Part shown: in pieces, positions 1 through 10,776 of the stretch
Layout: each line of letters opens with the position of its first letter
Numbering within the stretch: position 1 is the stretch's first letter
Assembly: GCA_963847445.1 (NCBI GenBank)
Contig: CAWJZV010000008.1
Span: 32,001 to 96,000 of the forward strand
Length of the DNA: 64,000 bases
DNA from: an uncultured delta proteobacterium
GTDB lineage: Bacteria > Desulfobacterota > Binatia > UBA9968
Direction: 5' to 3'
The notes under the pieces: generated by a model
What the model was told of the DNA's origin: nothing
The model's database searches: none
The model's input: the letters and a program-made list of their open reading frames with translations, nothing else
Program-made: the position numbers and the translations under genes

Positions 1-376
1 GATCATCGGCGACTTCGATCTAAAAGTGGCGAAGCTCTATGATATGATTCATCCCGACGTCGCGGGCAGTTCCGTAGGGCGCACGGCCGCGGATAATCAG
101 ACCGTGCGTTCGGTCTTCATGGTCGGGCCGGACAAGAAGATCAAGCTGATGCTGACCTATCCGATGACGACCGGACGCAACTTTGACGAAGTCCTGCGCG
201 TCTTGGATTCCATGCAGCTCACCGCCAAGCACCAAGTAGCCACGCCGGTCAACTGGAAACAGGGCGACGATGTGATCATCGTTACGTCGGTTTCGGACGA
301 AGACGCCAAGAAAAAATATCCCCAGGGATGGAAAGCCTTGCGGCCTTACCTCCGCCTGGTATCGCAACCTAAGTAA
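1..376 (+). CDS. Peroxiredoxin, 1-Cys/Prx6 type (C-terminal part, 5'-truncated by window edge)
   Basis: TVRSVF..GPDKKIKL.LTYPMTTGRNFDEVLR.LDS.QL..ATPVNWKQGDDVII...PYLR is the Prx6 C-terminal signature. Confidence 0.9.
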   Translation, partial: IIGDFDLKVAKLYDMIHPDVAGSSVGRTAADNQTVRSVFMVGPDKKIKLMLTYPMTTGRNFDEVLRVLDSMQLTAKHQVATPVNWKQGDDVIIVTSVSDEDAKKKYPQGWKALRPYLRLVSQPK

Positions 377-388
377 GCTCGACCCTGG

Positions 389-430
389 CGACAACCAAAG
401 AGGCGCCACTCGGCGCCTCTTTGGTTGTCG
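389..430. terminator. 19-bp perfect hairpin after the peroxiredoxin gene (probable terminator)
   Basis: CGACAACCAAAGAGGCGCC-ACTC-GGCGCCTCTTTGGTTGTCG, 12 nt after the stop. Confidence 0.65.
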
Positions 431-586
431 GTGTCTTCCCGAGCGGTTGGTCCGAGGGCAATTTCATGAAGTTGGGAGACATCCGCGGGTTGCGGGTAAA
501 CTTGACGCTTCAATACCGATGGTGGTAGACCATCCCGTATAGGCAATTGTCGAGATTCGCAGAATCAGCCCAAGGAGGGAAAAATT

Positions 587-1648
587 ATGGCTGGAAACGG
601 TAGCGATGCAGGTTTCGAAGTTATTATCTCGTCGGACTCCCATGTGATGGAACCGTCGGATATTTTGGCCGAGCGGGCGCCCAACTCGTTTAAAGACCAG
701 GTACCGCGCTTTCCCAAGCTCCAGGTCGGCAGCAGCTTTCAGACCCATCCCGGTGGTTCGGACCCGACCCAGCGGATCAAGGAAATGGAAACCGATGGGC
801 TGAGCGCCGAGGTTTTGTATCCAACCTATTTGCTGCCGCACTACGCGATGGACGATGCGAAATTACAGGAAGTCAGCTTCCGCGCTTATAACGATTGGCT
901 GATCGAGTATTGCAACAGTTCGCCGAAGCGGCTGATCGGTATCGCGGCGATCGCGGTCTACAACATTGACGAGGCGGTTAAAGAGCTTGAGCGCTGCGCC
1001 AAGGCGGGCTTGAGAGGTTCGCTGATTTGGCAAGCGCCCCATCCGGATCTACCGTTGTACTCGGAGCACTATAATAAATTCTGGGCGGCGTCGCAGGATC
1101 TCAACATGCCGGTGCATCTGCATATCCTCACCGGCCATGGCTACCACAAGCAGACGGTGTTCGGTAATAAGCGCACTGGCGTGGAGGCCTACCGCGGCAG
1201 CGTGAATCTCAAGCTTAAAGAAGTCATCGACGACGTCTTTGAATTGATTTTTTACGGCGTGCTCGAGCGTTATCCCAAACTGAAAATCGTCAGTGTTGAA
1301 AACGAGATCGGCTGGATGCCGTTCATGATGCAACAGTGGGATTATTATTATAACCGCTTCAAGAAAGCGAATCCGCCGCCGTTTACTAAAAACCCGAGCG
1401 AGTATTTCAAGACGCAGATCTTCGGGACCTTCTTCCGCGACACCGTGGCCGGCCATAACTTTCAATGGTGGGGCCAGGACAACTGCATGTGGTCCAACGA
1501 CTACCCCCATGGCAACTCGACCTGGCCGGAATCGAAGAAATATATCGACCGCGACTTGGGCCATCTGCCGGCGGATATTCGTAAGAAGCTGGTATATACC
1601 AACGTGAAGCAGATCTATAACATCGATATTCCACATCCGGTGCAGTAG
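587..1648 (+). CDS. Amidohydrolase family 2 protein (LigW/ACMSD-like fold)
   Basis: SSDSHVMEP, PVHLH, ERYPKLKIVSVENEIGW and WSNDYPH motifs; SD GGAGGG. Confidence 0.88.
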   Translation: MAGNGSDAGFEVIISSDSHVMEPSDILAERAPNSFKDQVPRFPKLQVGSSFQTHPGGSDPTQRIKEMETDGLSAEVLYPTYLLPHYAMDDAKLQEVSFRAYNDWLIEYCNSSPKRLIGIAAIAVYNIDEAVKELERCAKAGLRGSLIWQAPHPDLPLYSEHYNKFWAASQDLNMPVHLHILTGHGYHKQTVFGNKRTGVEAYRGSVNLKLKEVIDDVFELIFYGVLERYPKLKIVSVENEIGWMPFMMQQWDYYYNRFKKANPPPFTKNPSEYFKTQIFGTFFRDTVAGHNFQWWGQDNCMWSNDYPHGNSTWPESKKYIDRDLGHLPADIRKKLVYTNVKQIYNIDIPHPVQ

Positions 1649-1675
1649 ACCGGCGTTTCGGTCTGGGGTGAAACC

Positions 1676-1727
1676 AATTGGCGCGCTAGCGGACGAGCAA
1701 AAGTCTGAGAGCGCGCCAATTTTTTTT
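1676..1727 (+). terminator. Probable intrinsic terminator
   Basis: AATTGGCGCGCT...AGCGCGCCAATT 12-bp stem followed by a T run. Confidence 0.5.
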
Positions 1728-1737
1728 CAAATTAAGG

Positions 1738-1900
1738 ATATCTCGCGCAAAGCACGCCAAGAGAAAGTCCAAGGCACGAAATCCGAAATCCCGAAACGAA
1801 TGTGAGGGTGATAAGCCAGAATTCAGAACATATCCGATCCGGATCCGGCGTTTTGGATTTTCCGAAATGACATTCTTTGCACCTTGAGTTTTTGCGGGGT
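1738..1900. repeat. Intergenic nested imperfect inverted-repeat element (CGCAAAG-type), related copy at 40647-40670
   Basis: ATATCTCGCGCAAAGCACGCCAAG matches the reverse complement of 40647-40670 at 22/24; inner GAAATCCGAAAT / TTTTGGATTTTC arms. Confidence 0.5.
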
Positions 1901-1972
1901 AAAAATCATTCAGTCGTTCGGATTTGATCGATTGTTCGGTGTCGTGAGATACCAGGAACAATAGGAGGTTTT

Positions 1973-3721
1973 ATGCCTGCTCGTTACGGATCTGATTTAA
2001 TTGTCGATTTGATGAAAGTATTGGGCATTGAAGCAGTGGCGCTGAACCCGGGCTCGAGCTTCCGCGGCATTCACGACTCGCTGGTCAACTACGAGAGCGG
2101 CACAAAGCCCAACCCCGAGATGATCCTCTGCTGCCACGAGGAAATCGCCGTGGCGGTCGCCCATGGCTACTTCAAGGCAACCGGCAAGATCATGCCCGCC
2201 ATCGTGCATGACGTCGTCGGCCTGCAACACGCCTCGATGGCGATTTACAATGCCTGGTGCGACCGAACGCCGGTGATGGTCATGGGCGGCACCGGGCCGA
2301 TGAATTCGAGCAAGCGGCGCCCGTGGATCGATTGGATCCACACGGCTCAGGTCCAGGGCAATATCGTGCGTGATTTCGTCAAGTGGGACGACCAACCCTT
2401 CGGCGTCGAAGCGATTCCATCGTCGATGATGCGCGGCTATCGCATCGCCATGAGCGATCCCCATGGGCCGGTTTATCTTTGTTTCGATGTCAGCGATCAG
2501 GAGGCGCCCATCGACAAGGAAATCCCTCTGCCAGATCCGCGCCGCTTTCGTCCGCCCGCGCCGCTGCAGGCGGAAGCGGAAGCGATTAAAGAGGCCGCGC
2601 GATTATTAGCATCGGCACAGAACCCGGTGATCGTCGCCGATTACGTCGGCCGCAATCACGACGCGGTTCTAAGCCTGGTGCAGCTTGCCGATCTCTTGTC
2701 GATCCCGGTGATCGATCTCGGCGCCCGGCTCAATTTTCCCAACACCCACGCGCTCAATCTCACCGGCAAGAATCAGGATCTCATCGCCAATGCGGATGTC
2801 ATCATGGGACTCGATGTCACCGATCTGTACGGGGCGCTGGTGAAACAAGACCCGGCGACGCATGCGGCGGTGCCGGCGACCAAGCCCGGTTGTAAAGTGA
2901 TCCATGTCACCTTGGCCGATCTCGCGGTGCGCAGTTTGACCAGCGATTTTCAAGAGCTGGCGCCGGTGGATTTGCCGATCGTCGCCAATACCAAAGTATT
3001 CCTGCCGGCCTTGATCGAGGAGTTACAGCGGCAAGGAAAGTTTTCCAAGAGCGTCGTCGAAGAGCGGCGCAAGGCGCTGGCCGCGCAGCATGATGAGATG
3101 CACGGGCGCTGGGAAAGTATTCTCAAGCGGCGCTGGGATGAAAAGCCGATCGCGCCGCCGCGCTTGGCCTACGAAGTCTGGCAAGCGCTTAAAAACGAAG
3201 ACTGGCTGCTGGTTGCCGGAGCGTTCCGTGGTTGGCCCAGCCGTCTGTGGACCTGGGATAAACCCGGCTTGTTCCTCGGCGGCTACGGCGGCGGCGGTTT
3301 GGGGTATGGTCCTGCGGCGTCCGTCGGCGCGTCGCTGCCCTATCGCGGCACGGGCAAGATTTGCGTCAATATGCAGCGCGACGGCGAAATGCTTTACACC
3401 CCCAGTGCCATGTGGACCGCCGCCAACACCGGCGTGCCTTTACTTACAGTCATGACCAACAATCGGGTTTACTATAATGACGTGGAGCATCAGGAAAACG
3501 TCGCGATCACGCGCGGCCGTCCGGTGGAGAATAAACTTGTCGGCATGGAGATGGCCAAGCCGGCGGTGGATTTCGCCAACCTGGCCCGCTCCTTCAGTCT
3601 GCACGGCGAGGGGCCGATCACCGAACCGGCGCAGATTCGCCCGGCGGTGGAACGGGCGATTAAAGTCATCAAGGAAGAAAAGCGGCCGGCGCTGGTCGAC
3701 GTGTATATGCAGATGATCTGA
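1973..3721 (+). CDS. ThDP-dependent enzyme (acetolactate synthase / benzoylformate decarboxylase-like)
   Basis: NPGSSFRGIHDS, CHEEIAVAVAHGY, ThDP motif RDGE..NN, C-terminal PALVDV; SD AGGAGG. Confidence 0.88.
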   Translation: MPARYGSDLIVDLMKVLGIEAVALNPGSSFRGIHDSLVNYESGTKPNPEMILCCHEEIAVAVAHGYFKATGKIMPAIVHDVVGLQHASMAIYNAWCDRTPVMVMGGTGPMNSSKRRPWIDWIHTAQVQGNIVRDFVKWDDQPFGVEAIPSSMMRGYRIAMSDPHGPVYLCFDVSDQEAPIDKEIPLPDPRRFRPPAPLQAEAEAIKEAARLLASAQNPVIVADYVGRNHDAVLSLVQLADLLSIPVIDLGARLNFPNTHALNLTGKNQDLIANADVIMGLDVTDLYGALVKQDPATHAAVPATKPGCKVIHVTLADLAVRSLTSDFQELAPVDLPIVANTKVFLPALIEELQRQGKFSKSVVEERRKALAAQHDEMHGRWESILKRRWDEKPIAPPRLAYEVWQALKNEDWLLVAGAFRGWPSRLWTWDKPGLFLGGYGGGGLGYGPAASVGASLPYRGTGKICVNMQRDGEMLYTPSAMWTAANTGVPLLTVMTNNRVYYNDVEHQENVAITRGRPVENKLVGMEMAKPAVDFANLARSFSLHGEGPITEPAQIRPAVERAIKVIKEEKRPALVDVYMQMI

Positions 3722-3785
3722 ACGAAAGAGTTCCAGTCGTTCCAACTGTTGCAAATGTTCCAGTCGTTTGATTCGAGGTGAAGTC

Positions 3786-4790
3786 ATGATTCGCTTTAAG
3801 TTAATTTCCGCGTTCGCTGCCGTGATTTTGATTTTGGCGCTGGCTGCCGCAGGGTTTGCGCAAAACAAACCCTTGAAAAAAATCCGCGTCGGTGTGCCGT
3901 CGGTTGGCATGGGCAACATTATTATCTTCATCACCAAAGAAGGTAAGCTGTTCGAGAAGTACGGACTCGACGCCGAGGTGATCACCGTCATGGGGTCGGG
4001 AATCGGCTCGAAAGCGCTCATCAGCGGCAATTTGGATATCATTCCCATTGCCACGCCGACCGTCATCGCCGCCAATCTGGCAGGTGCCGACATGGCCATT
4101 TTGGCGCACACCATGCCCGCTGTAGTTCACGCTCTGATGGTTCGGCCCGATATCAAACGTCCGGAGGATTTGAAGGGCAAAAAAATTGGCGTGTCGAGTT
4201 TGGGATCGCTGACGGATTTTTTGGTGCGATCGATCGCCAAGAAGAAAGGGCTCAATCCCGATCGCGACATAACTCTGATCTCAACCGGCGGCAGCGATGC
4301 CGAGCGCGTAATGGCGCTCAAAGCAGGTTCGGTTGAAGCGTCGGCGATGTCGCACCCAGGTTACGGCGTGGCCGCCAAGATGGGTTTTAGCATGCTCTGG
4401 GATTCCGCCAAGGAGCTCGACTACCCATGGATGGAAATCACCACGCGCCGCGCCGCGATTAAAAGCGATCGGGAGCTGATCATGCGCTACATGAAGGCTC
4501 ACATGGAAGGTATCGCGCTGTTCAAAACCAACCGCGACTTTAGCATCAAAGTCATCAAGAAGGTCATGAAAATGACCGACGATGAAATGGTGAATGAAAC
4601 TTATGACATCTTTTCAAAGATGTTTTTGCCGACGCCGTATCCCAATCACCCGGGGATGAAAATCAGCTTCGACTATGTCGCGATGACGCGCAACGACGTT
4701 TGGAGCCATAAGCCCGAAGAATTCACCGATCCAAGTTTCGTGACCGAGCTGGACAAAAGCGGCTTTATCAAGTCGCTTTATCCGAAATAA
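3786..4790 (+). CDS. ABC solute-binding protein, NMT1/TauA/SsuA family
   Basis: Signal peptide, GLFEKYGLD-like segment, DLKGKKIGVSSLGS, C-terminal ELDKSGFI..LY. Confidence 0.88.
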   Translation: MIRFKLISAFAAVILILALAAAGFAQNKPLKKIRVGVPSVGMGNIIIFITKEGKLFEKYGLDAEVITVMGSGIGSKALISGNLDIIPIATPTVIAANLAGADMAILAHTMPAVVHALMVRPDIKRPEDLKGKKIGVSSLGSLTDFLVRSIAKKKGLNPDRDITLISTGGSDAERVMALKAGSVEASAMSHPGYGVAAKMGFSMLWDSAKELDYPWMEITTRRAAIKSDRELIMRYMKAHMEGIALFKTNRDFSIKVIKKVMKMTDDEMVNETYDIFSKMFLPTPYPNHPGMKISFDYVAMTRNDVWSHKPEEFTDPSFVTELDKSGFIKSLYPK

Positions 4791-5009
4791 CCTATCGTCC
4801 CACGACGGGATTGAACCGATGCGCGCAGATAGCCCGCCCTCTTCAGCTTCGGCAAATTTAACTTCTTGGCTGGCGCGCCAGCTGTGACTTCAGCTTAGCG
4901 GGGGACGGATCTTTGCTTTTGCCAATCGATGACACACAACGCAGCGCCGCACTGCTGATGATCGTGTCCATCTCCGCATGATATCGCGACATCGAGAACG
5001 GACTGGAGC

Positions 5010-6195
5010 CTATTGAATCAGGTGGCTAAATCTCTTAACGGTGAAACTGCTCGTGTCGATCTTGCTTTTGCCGTCGAGGACTAGTTCCGCAAGCGCCTCC
5101 CCGATCGCCGCCGAGTGTTTAAATCCATGGCCTGAACAGGGAGACGCAATCATGATGCGATGGTTATCCGGGTGAACGTCTATAACGAAGTGCGAATCGG
5201 GCGTTGTCGTATACAGGCAACTTGCCGCGGCTCTGCAGCGATCGGAAATTCCCGGTAAACGGCGTTGTACATAATCGGCGTACATGGATTGCTCTTCTGC
5301 CATGCTGACCGCCCGGTGCGCGTGATCCGGATCGCTGATCGCGGTAAATTGCTCGGTGGCGATTTTGATCGTTTTGCCGTCGAGTGTTGGAAACCCATAG
5401 AAACCAAACCCGTCGCCCTTGGCAAAGATCCAAATGAAAATCGGCAAGCCGGGCGGCGCAAACATCGAGCGGCAATCTTCCCTGATGTCGAACCAGTACA
5501 TGACTTGGCGGTAAACCTTGAACAGATGCGCGTAGGCCGGCGGTAAAAAACCACCGATCCAGGGTCCGGTGGTGATGATGACCTTGTCGGCACAATAGGC
5601 GCCGCGGCTGGTCGTGACCATTACTCCGGAGTCCGCGCCGCTTGCGACTGACACAATGGTCTCGTCGAGTTTGAACAACTGCGCCGTGCTGGCGCGCGAG
5701 ATGCAGTTGGGCCTCGATACAAAGGTTTGGCCGTAGAAATCCCGTTTCGTATTCGAAGTAAGCGCGCTCATCGGTTACGGCGAACTGCGGATAGCGCTTT
5801 CTTATGTCCGCGGTGTCGAGGATTTCATGGCGGATATTGAACTTCTTTGCACAGCGGAAGGCTTGGTCTAAAAAATCACGCCGGCCGTGCATGACGGCCG
5901 CGCTGTTTTGACTCTCCAGGGTCAGGCCGCCCGTGATCGTCAGGAGCTCCCAGCCGGTGGCTTTTTCGATCTCGCGCCACAATTCATAGGAGCGCAACGC
6001 CAAGGGCACATACTCCTCGCCTTCTCCAATCGCCTGGCGAATAATCCGACTCTCGCCGTGAGATGAGCCGTTATCATGGGGCGGGGAAAACTGATCGAGG
6101 CCAAGCACTTTCTTAGCCCGTTTGGCCAGTTGGTAAAGCGCAGCGCTCCCCATTGCGCCGAGACCGCATACGATCGTGTCGAACTTATTGACCAT
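5010..6195 (-). CDS. solA: N-methyl-L-tryptophan / monomeric sarcosine oxidase (frameshift ~5672)
   Basis: GLGAMGSA FAD motif, GSSHGESRIIR, SCLYT covalent-FAD Cys, CSGHGFK; split over two frames. Confidence 0.85.
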
Positions 6196-6225
6196 TACTA
6201 TGTTTTTCGGCCCGCACCAGTCAGT

Positions 6226-8821
6226 TCACGCGTGCGCTTCGGCCCAATTGGCGCCGCTGTGCACTTCCACGGCCAAGCCGCAGCGCAGGTCGGCGGCTTG
6301 AGTCATTTCTCTTTCGATCAATGCGCGCGCCTCACTGACGCTGCCCGCTGGCACTTCGAAAACCAGCTCGTCGTGAACCGTCAGCAGCATTTTGGCGATC
6401 TGCTGTTTGCGCAATGCGGCGTCGACGTTGATCATCGCTTTCTTGAGAATGTCGGCGGCGCTGCCCTGGATCGGCGCGTTGAGCGCCATGCGCTCGCCCA
6501 ATGCGCGCAGCCGAAAGTTTGACGACTGCAATTCCGGCAGATAGCGGCGCCGACCGAACAGGGTCGTGGTAAAGCCGTCGACTTTCGCTTTCTCCACCTG
6601 GGCGGCGAGAAATTCTTTCACTCTCGGAAACTGCGCGTAGTAGGTTTCGACGAAAGTGGCCGCTTCGTCCATTTCGACGCCGAGCCGCTGCGAGACGCCG
6701 TAGGTCGACATGCCGTAAGCGATGCCGTAGGAAAATTGCTTGACCTTGTTGCGCATCTCCGAAGTGACGTTGCTCAATCCGACGTCATAGACTTTCGCCG
6801 CGATGGTCGCGTGAAAGTCGTGACCCTGCGCGAATGCCTGGCAAAACGTCTCGTCTTCGGAAAGATGCGCGAGCACGCGCAGCTCGATCTGGGAATAATC
6901 CGCCGACAGCAATACCTGCCCCGGCGGCGCGACGAAAGCGCGGCGGATCTGCCGTCCGAGATCGCCGCGAATGGGTATGTTTTGCAAGTTGGGCGCGCTC
7001 GATGACAAGCGCCCGGTGGCCGCCGTGGTTTGCTCGTAGGTCGTATGGATGCGCCGGCTCTTCGGATCGATGAGTCCGAGGAGCATCTCGCTGAAGCCAT
7101 TTTTGAGCTTTGATACCTCGCGGTATTCGAGCAGTGAGGCGACGATCGGATGGCGACCGGCGAGCTTCTCCAACTCAGCCGCGTCCGTGGAGTAGCCGGT
7201 TTTGATTTTTCTGGTTTTCGGCAACGCTAGTTTGTCGAATAGAATGCGCTGCAGCTGCAGGTTGGAGTTGACGTTGAATTGTTCGCCGGCGAGCTGTTGA
7301 ATCGTCTGCTCTAGGGCTGGTCATCTTCTGGCCGAAGTCGGAATTCAGGTTATAGAGATAGTCGCGATCGACAAGAATTCCGGCGTGCTCCATGCGCGCC
7401 AGCACCGGGATCAGGGGAAACTCCAGGGTCGTGGCAAGCTCCCAGGCGCCTTGCGCGCGGAGTTTCTCCTCGACGACCGGCGCTACGGCCCGTACCGCCA
7501 CGGCCCTCAGACAAACACTCTGCTTGTCGTCGGTTGCAAAAGACAGGGTGGTTTGCTCACCCGCTTGCGGCTCGCTCTTCTCCCCATCAAGGCTGACGCC
7601 TAGATAACGGCTCACGGTATCGCGCAGCTCGTACCCTGACGAGGAACCGGGTTCGAGGAGATAGGCAGCGATCTTGGTATCGCAATTCAAGGCTTCGATT
7701 TCGACGCCGGCGTCGAGGGCGGAACGGAAAAGTCCTTTGGCGTCATGAGCGATTTTTTGCCGGTTAGGATCTTTGAAAGCGTCGGCAAGCCTGGGTATGG
7801 CATCGCTCAATGGCAAAATACGCGCTTCTCCGTCTGCATCACTCACGGCAAGCCAATCATCATTCCAAGCAAGCGCGAGCGTTTCCCCCGGACGTAGATC
7901 GCTCGCCGAAGTCAACTCCGAAGTCGAGCTAATCTTCAGCGCGGGCGACGCCGCGTCACCGTGAAACTTGAGCGCCTTGAGTCGCTCGTGCAGGCTGCGA
8001 AGCTCAAGCGAGTGAAAGAGATTGCGCACCGCTTCCTCGTCCCACGCTTCGAGGCGGAGTTTCGCCGGATCGAGATCGAGTCGCACGTCGTCGAGCAGAT
8101 GGCCCAGCTCTTTATTGATCCGCACCTGACCGGCGTGGTTCTTGACCGCTTCGCGGAGTTTCGGTGTCAGCTCGTCGGCATGGACGATGACCTGCTCGAT
8201 ATCGCCGTATTTATTGATGAGCTGAGCTGCGGTCTTGTCGCCCACGCCGGGCACTCCCGGTAAGTTGTCCGCGGCTTCACCCTTGAGCGCGACGAAATCG
8301 ATCCACTTCTCCGGTGTCACGCCGTAGCGCTCGACTACAGTCGGCGGATCGTAGCGGATCACGTCGGAAATGCCGCGCCGGGTCATGATGACGGCGACGC
8401 CGTCGCGAACCAGTTGAAGAATATCACGGTCGCCGGTGACGATAGTCACCTCGCAACCTTCTTCTCGCGCATGCTTGGTCAAGGTCGCCAGCAGGTCGTC
8501 GGCCTCATAGCCTTCCAGCTCGACCATGGGAATCCGCAAGCTGGCGAGCACTTCGCGAATCAGCGGCAGCTGCTGCTTAAACAAATCCGGGGTCGCCGCC
8601 CGCCCGGCCTTGTACTCTGCGTAGCGGTCGAGGCGAAATTGCGGCGCGCCCTTGTCGAAGCAAACGACTACCCCTTGCGGTCGCTCGTCGGCGAGAAGCT
8701 TGATCAGCATCGCCGTGAAGCCGTAGACGGCGTTGGTCACTTGCCCGGACGACGTGACGAGAGTATCGGGCAATGCGAAAAAGGCGCGATAGGCCAGCGA
8801 ATGGCCGTCGAGCAAGAGCAC
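6226..8821 (-). CDS. polA: DNA polymerase I (frameshift ~7316; true start may be ~8856)
   Basis: 5'-3' exonuclease (LLDGHSLAYRAFFALP, YEADD, TGDRD), TGRLSS..PNLQNIP, motif A DYSQIELR, motif C VHDEL. Confidence 0.95.
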
Positions 8822-9016
8822 TTTATGAGCGTCCGATTTGGTCGATGCGCAGCCATCGTGCGGTTAGAGTTTTTTTAGTTGGTTTCTTCGCTTTGTCGGT
8901 CATGCAGTAACCCTAACCAGTGAATTCGTTTGCGGCAATATCGCGAGCCTTGAGCCGGGCAGAATTCGGCGCGATCTATTTCATATTTGTCGCTGAGTGC
9001 GCGGTGACAATATTCG

Positions 9017-9664
9017 TTAGTACAAGTTTCCTGCAAACACCCATCGGTCGAGATTATCGAAATAGGCGCGGCGTAAGACTAAGCTCATCGCCACGGCGCG
9101 GGCGGCTTTTGCTTGTTTCTCCGCGGTAGTTGCGTATTTGACTAGGATCTCAAACGGGTAGTTGCCATGTTGTTCTTCGTCTGCGTGGATTTTTTGATAG
9201 GGGGCGGTTATCCAGCTCGGTACGGTTCCCGCCTTCAGGCTTTTGGCGATAAGATAATCGGCCACGCCTTCGCCGGCCATTGGGAACGCGGCGATTCTTT
9301 CCACCGTGTCGGTTAGTCCTTCAAAAGCATTGAACATCGCCATCTGTGCCGGCAGCGGTTGGTAATCGTGGGGCGTGGCGCCTTTACTGCGCAGCGCTTC
9401 CTCGAGAAACCCAGCATGCTCGTACTCTTCGTGGGTCGCTTCGGCGAGGGTTTTCTTTACGTCCAGCTCGGGCGTGCTTTTCAGCCAGCCGCCGAAGATC
9501 TCGCCGGCGCGGATTTCGTTGAACAGCCGGCTCTGCATTACTTTGATACGCATGTCATCGTTGGTGAGCGGGATGAAGCTGTAGGCCGGCAGCTTCGCGT
9601 CTAGGTTCTGGCAGAAATCGGCAACCTGTTTTTCCAGCGATTTGGCGAATTCACGGCTATCCAT
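9017..9664 (-). CDS. Ferritin-like diiron protein of unknown function
   Basis: E...EExxH (HEEYEH)...E...DEExH (ADEEQH) four-helix metal ligand pattern; SD AGGAG. Confidence 0.72.
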   Translation of the reverse strand: MDSREFAKSLEKQVADFCQNLDAKLPAYSFIPLTNDDMRIKVMQSRLFNEIRAGEIFGGWLKSTPELDVKKTLAEATHEEYEHAGFLEEALRSKGATPHDYQPLPAQMAMFNAFEGLTDTVERIAAFPMAGEGVADYLIAKSLKAGTVPSWITAPYQKIHADEEQHGNYPFEILVKYATTAEKQAKAARAVAMSLVLRRAYFDNLDRWVFAGNLY

Positions 9665-9737
9665 GGGGCTCTCCTGTTTACCGGATCGACTTCCGGATCG
9701 GTTCCTGGCTATCAATTTGGTTTCGCCAGGTCAACGC

Positions 9738-10607
9738 TTAGCGGCTGGTGATCAGAACGACGCCGCCGACCATCAGGACTGCGCCGCCGATGATGCGCAG
9801 GTTGACGGTTTCGACCTTGCGCAGAAACAGCGCGCTGAAAAATACCGTGAATAGCGGCGTGGTGTTGAGCAAGGGGATGATCACCGACATTTGTCCGCGC
9901 CCCAAGGCGATGAAGTTGGCGACTTGCGCTGTGGTGGCAACCAGCGCGGCGCCAAGAAAGAAGTGAAAGCTGCTGCGGTGCATGCGCAATTGCTGTGTGC
10001 GGCCGGTGGCAAAAACGAAGCCCAACAAAAGCAACAGCGAAACGGTGGTGACCATCGCTACGGCGACAAACGGATCGGGGATGATCTGGAGTGCTTGCTT
10101 GCGCAGGGTCTGCGAGATCGCGGAGATCAATGCCGCGCCGATCGGTAACAGGGCGTCGATGTAGCGCCAAGGCTTGTCATGCTCCTGCTTGCCGGAGATC
10201 AGCCAGAGGCTGGCGACGATCAAAACGGTTCCGACATAGACTTGCAGTCCTGGCTGTTCGTTGAACACGAGCAGCGCGATGATCGCGGCGAAGAGCGGCT
10301 CGATGCCGCGCAGGGGACCGGCGCGGGCGACGCCAATTCGGGTGATCCCTTCGTAAAACAGCGCGCGGGCGAAAATCGGCTGCATGCAGCCACTGATCAA
10401 GTAGTAAATCATCGCCGGCGAGGTGAGAAAGTCCAATGAGGTCGTGGCGATCAGATAGCTCCAGACGCAGGTGATGGAGACGACATAGCTCATCAGCATG
10501 GCGGCGAAAATATTGGATTGGCGCAGGCCGAAGCGCACCAGCACCGAATCGATGGCCCAACCCATGGCGGAGAAAATCGCGACGATTTCAGCGAACAGCG
10601 GTGTCAA
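9738..10607 (-). CDS. DMT/EamA family transporter
   Basis: About 10 hydrophobic helices in two repeats; PLFAAIIA and PLFTVFFS..FLR..E motifs. Confidence 0.85.
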   Translation of the reverse strand: MTPLFAEIVAIFSAMGWAIDSVLVRFGLRQSNIFAAMLMSYVVSITCVWSYLIATTSLDFLTSPAMIYYLISGCMQPIFARALFYEGITRIGVARAGPLRGIEPLFAAIIALLVFNEQPGLQVYVGTVLIVASLWLISGKQEHDKPWRYIDALLPIGAALISAISQTLRKQALQIIPDPFVAVAMVTTVSLLLLLGFVFATGRTQQLRMHRSSFHFFLGAALVATTAQVANFIALGRGQMSVIIPLLNTTPLFTVFFSALFLRKVETVNLRIIGGAVLMVGGVVLITSR

Positions 10608-10776
10608 AGTAAGTCTCAGTGTCTGAGACTTTCAGATAAGCCGAGGCGGGCGGGATTTGCAACCGATGCTCCGATCTGGTCGATGGGCATCGATCGTGTT
10701 GACGATGCTGCTTGCGGTGATGGCGCGTCTATCCTAAGATCGGCGGTCTTTAACACTATTCGGCAAAGGAGAATCT

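Noticed and set aside
3730-3770. Short tandem repeats here and at 31706, 34997 and 63420 as CRISPR-like arrays
   Set aside because: The period is 7-9 nt with no unique spacers, and there are no cas genes.
4791-5009. 220-bp gap between convergent genes as a possible sRNA or ORF
   Set aside because: No convincing promoter, terminator, stable structure or coding signal seen.
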